A program made the position numbers and the translations under genes. A stretch of DNA of 12,677 bases from an uncultured Gemmatimonadota bacterium. Its GTDB lineage: Bacteria > SM23-81. The stretch is from positions 1 through 12,677 of the forward strand of contig CAZOYL010000075.1 in NCBI GenBank assembly GCA_964584035.1, given 5' to 3'. How positions within the stretch are numbered: the first letter of the stretch is position 1; the number at the start of each line of letters is the position of its first letter. Below, in pieces: positions 6,937 through 12,677 of this stretch. The notes beneath the pieces were generated by a model, which searched no databases, was not told the origin of the DNA, and worked only from the letters and a program-made list of their open reading frames with translations.

Positions 6937-8543
6937 TATTCACCCTTCCGGTCCTGCTCGACCCAGTCCGCCGCCTCGGCCAGATCCCGGGCGATGTGGT
7001 CCGGCCGCACCTTTTCCCGGGCCTCCCGCCCATAACCGGTCAGGACCAGCACCGTTCGGGCACCGGCTCGCTGCCCCATCTCGATATCCTTGGCCATGTC
7101 GCCCACCACGTAGGACCGTTTCAGATCGATGTGGTGCTCCCGGGCGGCCTGTTCCAGCATTCCAATCTCCGGTTTCCGGCAATGGCTGCCCGAGTCGGGC
7201 ATCTCCGGACAGTAGTAGATGGCATCCAGGTGAGCGCCCTGTTCGGCCAGCTGTTTCCTGAGCAGCTCATGAATGTCGTGCAGTTTTTCCTCTGTGAGAT
7301 ACCCCCGGGCAACGCCGGACTGGTTGGTCACCACCACCACAGGCAGTTTCAGATCGTTCAACCTCCTGATGGCCTGACCGGCGCCGGGCAGAAGCTCCAG
7401 CTGTGACGGCTTGCTGAGGTAATGCACCTCGCGGTTGATGGTCCCATCGCGGTCCAGAAACACGGCCGGGCGCAGTCGGTCCGGTTCAGCCGTCATCCGT
7501 CCGGCTCCCTCAGCGGCCATGGATTTTCTCCTCCCAAGGATCTTTTCCGCAGCCCCGGCCACCTGGTCGACGGTCACCTTCTCGAGACAGAGGTGGTTTC
7601 GGCGACACCGCCGGCCGCCATGGAGGCTGCAGGGACTGCAATCCAGATCGGCCGTCAGGACCACATCCTGCTCTCCCAGCGGCCAGAAGCCCAGCACCGG
7701 ATGGGTGGGGCCGAAAATGGCCACCACCGGCGCTCCCAAAGCGGTCGCCAGGTGCATCGGGCCCGAGTCGTTGGTGATGAACACATCGCAGCGGGCCACC
7801 AGAGCCATCAGCTGTCTTAAGGTCTGTCCTGCCGCCACCACCGCGGCCGCTCCGATCCCCTCGGCCACCTTCCCGGCCAGGCCTTCCTCGCCCGGGCCGG
7901 CAAAGACCAGCACGCCTCTTCGCCCCCCTTCGGCCAGCCGCTTCCCCACTCTCATATACCGCTCCGCCGGCCAGCGCTTGCCGGGCCAGCGGGCGCCCGG
8001 ATGCAGCCCCGCCAGAATCGGTCTCCCGGCCAGATGATGGCGGCCAAGGAATCGCTCCGCGGCCTGAACTTCATCCGGCTGAAGATACAGCCGGGGAACC
8101 TCTCGTTGGGCCCGGATCCCCAGCGGCCGCAACGTCCCGAGATAGAGGTCGGAGGTGTGAACCAATGGCTCCGAACGGCGATGGAACAGGACGGCCAGGC
8201 GACGCGGCAGAGCCCGTTTGCGCACTCGCAGGGTCCGTTCGGCCGGGAGCAGCAAGCTCAGCATGCGGCTGCGCAGGTTGGCGTGCAGATCCACGATGAT
8301 GTCATGGGGCCGCTTCCTGAGTCGTCCGGCCAGAGAAAGGATCCCCTCTCTCTCCTCCAGGACGAACAGGCCATCCACATGGGGATGGCCCTGGAGAAGA
8401 TCCCGGTACCGAGCCTTTACCAGGACGTCCAGATGAGCCCGCGGGAAGCGAGCCTTCAGGGCCCGTAGAGCCGGAGTGATCAAAATGATATCGCCCATGG
8501 AGCTCAAACGGATGACCAGGATCCTGGGATCGTCAGAGAACAC
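6936..8543 (-). CDS. waaF/gmhB: Fusion: GT9 LPS heptosyltransferase (WaaF/RfaF-like) plus D-glycero-D-manno-heptose 1,7-bisphosphate phosphatase (GmhB, HAD IIIA)
   Basis: N-terminal part has ILVIRLSSMGDIILITPALRALK, HPGARWPGKRWP, ITNDSGPMHLATALGAPVVAIFGPT and CSPC. C-terminal part has FLDRDGTIN, VVTNQSGVARG, CRKP, VVGD and VLTGYG. One uninterrupted frame. Exact GT9 specificity is uncertain. Confidence 0.9.
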   Translation of the reverse strand: MFSDDPRILVIRLSSMGDIILITPALRALKARFPRAHLDVLVKARYRDLLQGHPHVDGLFVLEEREGILSLAGRLRKRPHDIIVDLHANLRSRMLSLLLPAERTLRVRKRALPRRLAVLFHRRSEPLVHTSDLYLGTLRPLGIRAQREVPRLYLQPDEVQAAERFLGRHHLAGRPILAGLHPGARWPGKRWPAERYMRVGKRLAEGGRRGVLVFAGPGEEGLAGKVAEGIGAAAVVAAGQTLRQLMALVARCDVFITNDSGPMHLATALGAPVVAIFGPTHPVLGFWPLGEQDVVLTADLDCSPCSLHGGRRCRRNHLCLEKVTVDQVAGAAEKILGRRKSMAAEGAGRMTAEPDRLRPAVFLDRDGTINREVHYLSKPSQLELLPGAGQAIRRLNDLKLPVVVVTNQSGVARGYLTEEKLHDIHELLRKQLAEQGAHLDAIYYCPEMPDSGSHCRKPEIGMLEQAAREHHIDLKRSYVVGDMAKDIEMGQRAGARTVLVLTGYGREAREKVRPDHIARDLAEAADWVEQDRKGE

Positions 8544-9096
8544 GGCTTCCCTCTGAGATTTCCAGGTTCAGGATGGTCTCGGTCATGGCATCGTATTGTT
8601 TCGCCAGGAAACCTTCGGAGAGAACGGGAACGACCAGAAGATTATAAAATGAGGAGGCATGTTCCGAGCCGAAACCGATGCGAAGTGAGGCACCGCACCG
8701 TCGGCTGAGATAGGCATTGGAGACATTAAAGGTGGGCCACAGGTCGATGATGGTGTCGATCGATTTGTTCTGCAAATACTTGATGAACTCGGCATTCGGC
8801 AAAGAGAACAGGCCCAGATCCTCCTTCCGGAGACGGATCAGCTCCACGTTCAACCAGCGCTCGGGAAGAGCCCGCGTGGTGAGAACGAAAAAGTGTTTCC
8901 CTGGACAGGCCTCCGCGATGTCCCGGACCGTTTTCTCGGCCGCCTCCCGGTGCTGGTATTCATCCGGAAAGCAGACCAGAACCGCCTCGGTCCGCTTCCA
9001 CAGGTCGATCGGCGAATACAGCTCTGCCGGATATTTGATCTTCTGCCAGGCCTTCATCAGGCCGATGAACATGTTGCTCTGGGCAGACAGGGCCAT
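8533..9096 (-). CDS. Hypothetical protein resembling an isolated N-terminal Rossmann domain of GT9 glycosyltransferases
   Basis: 187 aa with SD GAGGA upstream. Its stop lies within the first codons of the next gene. Segment IDTIIDLW...AYLSRRCGASLRIGF resembles the GT9 DxxIDL...GAxxRIGF pattern. No DSG motif. Confidence 0.65.
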   Translation of the reverse strand: MALSAQSNMFIGLMKAWQKIKYPAELYSPIDLWKRTEAVLVCFPDEYQHREAAEKTVRDIAEACPGKHFFVLTTRALPERWLNVELIRLRKEDLGLFSLPNAEFIKYLQNKSIDTIIDLWPTFNVSNAYLSRRCGASLRIGFGSEHASSFYNLLVVPVLSEGFLAKQYDAMTETILNLEISEGSRVL

Positions 9097-9138
9097 AGAG
9101 ACATCCTCGTTGGAACAGCGGAAAATTAAACCAAGGAG

Positions 9139-9167
9139 AAGGTAATAGAAAGCCGGTCTTTTGTCAA
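9139..9167 (-). promoter_or_regulatory. Sigma70-type promoter for the envelope gene run
   Basis: Minus strand TTGACA (9167-9162), 17 nt spacer, TACCTT (9144-9139). Located just downstream of the uvrB terminator. Confidence 0.7.
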
Positions 9168-9182
9168 CTTCATTTTCTCCGC

Positions 9183-9213
9183 AAAAAGGCCGCGGGCCGT
9201 GACCCGCGGCTTT
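9183..9213 (-). terminator. Rho-independent terminator of uvrB
   Basis: Minus strand GCCGCGGG-TCACGG-CCCGCGGC (8-bp GC stem) followed by CTTTTT, starting about 26 nt after the uvrB stop. Confidence 0.8.
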
Positions 9214-9236
9214 CTGGAATGATCTGTGGGCAGCGG

Positions 9237-11219
9237 CTACTTCCCGGTGCGCAGCCGCTGCAGCTCGTCCCGGTACTGGGCCGCTTTCTCGAACTCCATC
9301 CCGGCAGCGGCCTCATGCATGGCCCGCTCCAGGGCCTCGATGCGCTCTTCGCGATCCATCTGGGCCAGATAGGGAACGGCCTCCTCTTTAGCAGCCGCAG
9401 CAATGCCCCTGGAGTCGGCCACCCGCGTGGACTGCATGATCTCATCGATGGTCTTGTAGATGGATCGGGGGGTGATGTGGTGTTTGCGGTTATACTCCGC
9501 CTGGATCTTGCGGCGCCGGTCGGTCTCGCTGAGTGCCTTGCGCATGGAATCGGTGATCCGGTCGGCATACATGATCACCTCGCCGCCCGCGTTGCGGGCC
9601 GCCCGGCCGGCCGTTTGGATCAGAGACCGTTCCGAGCGCAGGAAACCTTCCTTATCGGCGTCCAGGATGGCCACCAGTGAGACCTCCGGCAGATCCAGCC
9701 CCTCGCGAAGAAGGTTTATGCCCACCAGGACATCGAACTCGGCCAGGCGCAGATCGCGAAGGATGTCGACCCGTTCCAGGGCGGCGATCTCCGAGTGCAG
9801 GTAGCGGACCCGCACGTCCAGGCCGCTGAGGTAGTCGGCCAGATCCTCGGCCATGCGTTTGGTCAGAGTAGTCACCAGAACGCGCTCCTTTTTCTCCACC
9901 CGCCGGCGGATCTCCTCCAGCAGATCGTCGATCTGGCCCTCGGTGGGCTTCACCGTGATCCGGGGGTCCATCAGCCCGGTGGGCCGGATGATCTGTTCCA
10001 CCACCACCCCTTGGCATTTCTCCAGCTCATAATCGGCCGGGGTGGCCGAGACGAATACGGCCTGATGGATCATCGACTCGAACTCCTCGAAGAACAGCGG
10101 CCGGTTATCCAGAGCCGAGGGCAGCCGGAAACCGTGCTCCACCAGGGTCTCCTTGCGGGACCGGTCCCCGGCGAACATCCCCCGCACCTGGGGGACGGTG
10201 GCGTGCGATTCGTCGATGATCATGAGGAACTTCTCCGGGAAATAGTCCAGCAGGCAGGAGGGCCGCTCGCCGGGCTTCCTGCCCGAGATGTGCCGGGAGT
10301 AATTCTCGATCCCGGCGCAGTAGCCGATCTCCTTCATCATCTCGATGTCGTAACGGGTGCGTGACTCCAACCGCTGAGCCTCGAGCAGCTTGCCCTCGGA
10401 TTTCAACCAGGCCAGCTGCTCTTTGAGCTCGACCCGGATGCTCTTGATGGCCTCCTCGATACGCGGGGTGGTGGTCACGAAGTGCTTGGCCGGATAGATG
10501 GCGACCCGTTTTTTCTTCTCCAACAGCTCACCGGTGAGCGGTTCCACCACCGAGATCTTGTCCACCTCATCGCCCCAGAATTCGATCCGCAGGGCCGTCT
10601 CCTCATAGGCCGGGCGGATCTCGACCACATCGCCGCGGACCCGGAAGGTGCCCCGCTCAAAGGCGATGTCGTTGCGGGCGTAATGGATGTCGATGAGCAT
10701 CCGGAGGATCTTGTCCCGCTCGATGTGCTGGCCCTGCTCCAGGAGGACCAGCAGGTCGCGGTAGTCCTTGGGCGATCCCAGGCCGTAGATGCACGAGACG
10801 CTGGCCACGATGACCACGTCGTCGCGCTCCAGCAGGCTGCTGGTGGCCCGCAGCCGGAGCCGGTCGATGTCCTCGTTGACCGAGGTGTCCTTCTCGATGT
10901 AGGTGTCGGTGCTGGGGATGTAGGCCTCCGGCTGGTAGTAGTCGTAGTAGCTGATGAAGTACTCCACGGCATTGTCGGGAAAGTAACCCTTGAACTCTCC
11001 GAACAGCTGGGCGGCCAGGGTCTTGTGGTGAGAGATGATGATCGTCGGCAGGCCCAGGTTGGCGATGACGTTGGCCATGGTGAAGGTCTTGCCCGAGCCG
11101 GTCACGCCCAGCAGGGTCTGGAAGCGGTCGCCCCGGCACAGCCCTTCGGTGAGCTGTTCGATGGCCTGGGGCTGATCGCCGCGGGGCTGGTAGCCGGAGA
11201 TGAGTTTGAAGGTACTCAT
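9237..11219 (-). CDS. uvrB: Excinuclease ABC subunit B
   Basis: Walker A GVTGSGKT, beta-hairpin [49 protein letters not shown] and a C-terminal UVR domain (FEKAAQYRD). Confidence 0.99.
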   Translation of the reverse strand: MSTFKLISGYQPRGDQPQAIEQLTEGLCRGDRFQTLLGVTGSGKTFTMANVIANLGLPTIIISHHKTLAAQLFGEFKGYFPDNAVEYFISYYDYYQPEAYIPSTDTYIEKDTSVNEDIDRLRLRATSSLLERDDVVIVASVSCIYGLGSPKDYRDLLVLLEQGQHIERDKILRMLIDIHYARNDIAFERGTFRVRGDVVEIRPAYEETALRIEFWGDEVDKISVVEPLTGELLEKKKRVAIYPAKHFVTTTPRIEEAIKSIRVELKEQLAWLKSEGKLLEAQRLESRTRYDIEMMKEIGYCAGIENYSRHISGRKPGERPSCLLDYFPEKFLMIIDESHATVPQVRGMFAGDRSRKETLVEHGFRLPSALDNRPLFFEEFESMIHQAVFVSATPADYELEKCQGVVVEQIIRPTGLMDPRITVKPTEGQIDDLLEEIRRRVEKKERVLVTTLTKRMAEDLADYLSGLDVRVRYLHSEIAALERVDILRDLRLAEFDVLVGINLLREGLDLPEVSLVAILDADKEGFLRSERSLIQTAGRAARNAGGEVIMYADRITDSMRKALSETDRRRKIQAEYNRKHHITPRSIYKTIDEIMQSTRVADSRGIAAAAKEEAVPYLAQMDREERIEALERAMHEAAAGMEFEKAAQYRDELQRLRTGK

Positions 11220-11271
11220 ATATTATCATCCCGCAAATTTGGAACGATGGAGGAAGGGAACCAGAAACCCT

Positions 11272-11341
11272 CTGGATGCTGGAGCCTGGATCTTCGATCC
11301 TGGTAAAGGTAAAACCGATCCTGGATGTTGTAGCCTGGCTG
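11272..11341. repeat. Degenerate 7-bp tandem repeat tract (CTGGATG-like)
   Basis: Units in register: CTGGATG CTGGAGC CTGGATC TTCGATC CTGGTAA AGGTAAA ACCGATC CTGGATG TTGTAGC CTGGCTG. Confidence 0.6.
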
Positions 11342-11365
11342 AGAAAGCTCGAGATGATCTAAATA

Positions 11366-11394
11366 AAAATAGCGGCCGGGCCGCGGGGAGTCAA
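11366..11394 (-). promoter_or_regulatory. Candidate sigma70-type promoter of uvrB
   Basis: Minus strand TTGACT (11394-11389), 17 nt spacer, TATTTT (11371-11366). Same geometry as the other two promoters. Confidence 0.6.
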
Positions 11395-11514
11395 TGGGAT
11401 TTCGAAATAGAATTGTGCTCACGTCAGATCAGGTGGTCTCCACAAGCAGTTATCGAATGATCTCCGCAGCGTAGCGTTTCCTCACCCGCTGTGTTGAATT
11501 GTGCTGTACCCGAC

Positions 11515-12105
11515 CTACGACATCTCCTCCAGTTTCCGCATCAACCCCAACAACCCCACCAGCGGCAATCCGACCACATTGAAATAGCACCCCCTGATGC
11601 CGCTGACCAGCAATGCTCCTTTCCCCTGAATTCCATAGGCTCCGGCCTTGTCCAATGGTTCGCCGGTGGCCACGTAGGCATCGATCTCTTCCGCGGCCAG
11701 ATCGCGGAAGGTGACCTCGGTGACCTCGACATGGGAGACCGAGGCCCGGCTGGCGGCGTCGATGAGGGTCAGGCCGGTGTAGACTTTGTGCGTCCGGCCG
11801 CTTAGCCGGCGGAGCATCTCAACGGCCTCCTTCTCGTCGACCGGCTTGCCCAGGATATGCTCGTCCAGGACGACGATGGTATCGGCGCCCAGGACGATGC
11901 CGGAGCCGAGTCGTCCGGCCACATCCCCGGCCTTGCGCCGCGACAGCTCCCGGACATGCTCATCCGGATCCGACGGGTCCCGGAGATCCTCGTTCACCCC
12001 GCTGACTACCTGTCTGAACGGAATGCCGATCTGCCGGAGCAGTTCGGCCCGCCGCGGCGAGGCCGAGGCCAGGATGAGCTCGTCGTTCCGGTCCCAGATC
12101 ATCAC
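11515..12105 (-). CDS. maf: Maf family nucleoside triphosphate pyrophosphatase (YhdE-like)
   Basis: Motifs [37 protein letters not shown] and NVVGLP. ATGA overlap with the dtd stop. Confidence 0.96.
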   Translation of the reverse strand: MMIWDRNDELILASASPRRAELLRQIGIPFRQVVSGVNEDLRDPSDPDEHVRELSRRKAGDVAGRLGSGIVLGADTIVVLDEHILGKPVDEKEAVEMLRRLSGRTHKVYTGLTLIDAASRASVSHVEVTEVTFRDLAAEEIDAYVATGEPLDKAGAYGIQGKGALLVSGIRGCYFNVVGLPLVGLLGLMRKLEEMS

Positions 12106-12545
12106 GCTGACGCCTCCAGGATCAGGGTCACCGGCCCGTCGTTGTGGATCCGGACCAGCATGTGCTGGCCGAACCGTCCCGTCTCCACGGTCGCACCGCC
12201 CTCTCGCAGAAACTCCACGAAACGCTCGTACAGCGGTTCGGCCTGCTCGGGGGGAGCCGCGTCGGTGAAGCCCGGACGCCGTCCCTTGCGGGTGTCGCCG
12301 TAGAGGGTGAACTGGGAGATGGCCAGGATCTGGCCGCCGATATCCAGCAGGGACCGGTTCATCTTGCCCTCGTCATCCTCGAAGATGCGCAGGTGGAGAC
12401 ATTTCTCGGCCAGATAGCGAGCCTGTTCCTCGCCATCGTCATGCCCCACCCCGACCAGCAGAACCAGACCGGGGCCGATGCGGCCGGCCGTTTCCCCGCC
12501 CACCGTCACTTCCGCCTCTTTAACCCGCTGGAGAACGATCTTCAT
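12102..12545 (-). CDS. dtd: D-aminoacyl-tRNA deacylase
   Basis: Motifs [32 protein letters not shown] and NDGPVT. SD AAGGAG 5 nt upstream. Confidence 0.97.
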   Translation of the reverse strand: MKIVLQRVKEAEVTVGGETAGRIGPGLVLLVGVGHDDGEEQARYLAEKCLHLRIFEDDEGKMNRSLLDIGGQILAISQFTLYGDTRKGRRPGFTDAAPPEQAEPLYERFVEFLREGGATVETGRFGQHMLVRIHNDGPVTLILEASA

Positions 12546-12571
12546 GAGGGCTCCTTTCGTAACCTGGCCAT
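12542..12571 (-). other. 9-aa mini-ORF (MARLRKEPS) apparently translationally coupled to dtd
   Basis: SD AAGGAG, 7 nt, then ATG GCC AGG TTA CGA AAG GAG CCC TCA TGA. The stop overlaps the dtd start as ATGA. Confidence 0.4.
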
Positions 12572-12588
12572 CGGAAGTCTCCTTTTCC

Positions 12589-12677
12589 TCACAACCACAC
12601 TCCCGCCAAAATCGCCGCCAGTCCCACCCACATGTCCAGCTTCAGCAGCAGGCTGAGCTTCCCGAGATGGTCCGGGG
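12589..12677 (-). CDS. 3' end of a membrane protein, possibly a UbiA-family prenyltransferase (geranylgeranylglycerol-phosphate geranylgeranyltransferase-like); cut by the right edge
   Basis: Manual translation ...[29 protein letters not shown] terminal TM helix with an SxxLKxxMxxGL pattern reminiscent of that subfamily. Only 28 codons are visible. Confidence 0.5.
   Translation of the reverse strand, partial: PDHLGKLSLLLKLDMWVGLAAILAGVWL

Noticed and set aside
10482..11306. Long plus-strand ORFs (also 655-1224, 1967-2560, 2496-3395, 5213-5830, 6515-7261, 9795-10364)
   Set aside because: Antisense to well-supported genes and without recognisable motifs; expected from GC-rich codon bias.
11220..11514. 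CRISPR array, tRNA, riboswitch or small CDS (11216-11422) in the maf-uvrB gap
   Set aside because: Repeats are 7-mers without spacers, there is no cloverleaf or recognisable aptamer, and the small ORF has no motif and spans the predicted promoter.

Overview
GC-rich bacterial chromosomal segment in which every credible gene lies on the minus strand. In transcription order (right to left): the 3' end of a probable UbiA-family prenyltransferase, a 9-codon mini-ORF, dtd, maf, then uvrB with its own promoter and terminator. Next is an envelope-type run: GT9-like half-domain protein, GT9 heptosyltransferase-GmhB fusion, NusG-domain-II protein, Gx transporter, MATE transporter and a GT-C (ArnT/PMT-like) glycosyltransferase with TPRs. 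It ends with lexA, a TIGR03916-like radical SAM/HhH protein and a pcm cut by the window edge. I see no mobile element, CRISPR array or RNA gene. The best candidate for an under-described system is lexA followed by a radical SAM-HhH protein with a QLSLF clamp-binding-like motif and a PCM with a lipoprotein-like signal. The lexA promoter (TTGACA-17-TATCTT) has a GCAC-N4-GTGC palindrome in its spacer that resembles the Fibrobacter-type SOS box. Other points of interest are an internal SD+ATG in the GT9-GmhB linker, an orphan EetA/EetB-like pair, a mini-cistron coupled to dtd and a 7-bp-period repeat tract upstream of uvrB. All family assignments come from motif recognition by eye; no database searches were run.
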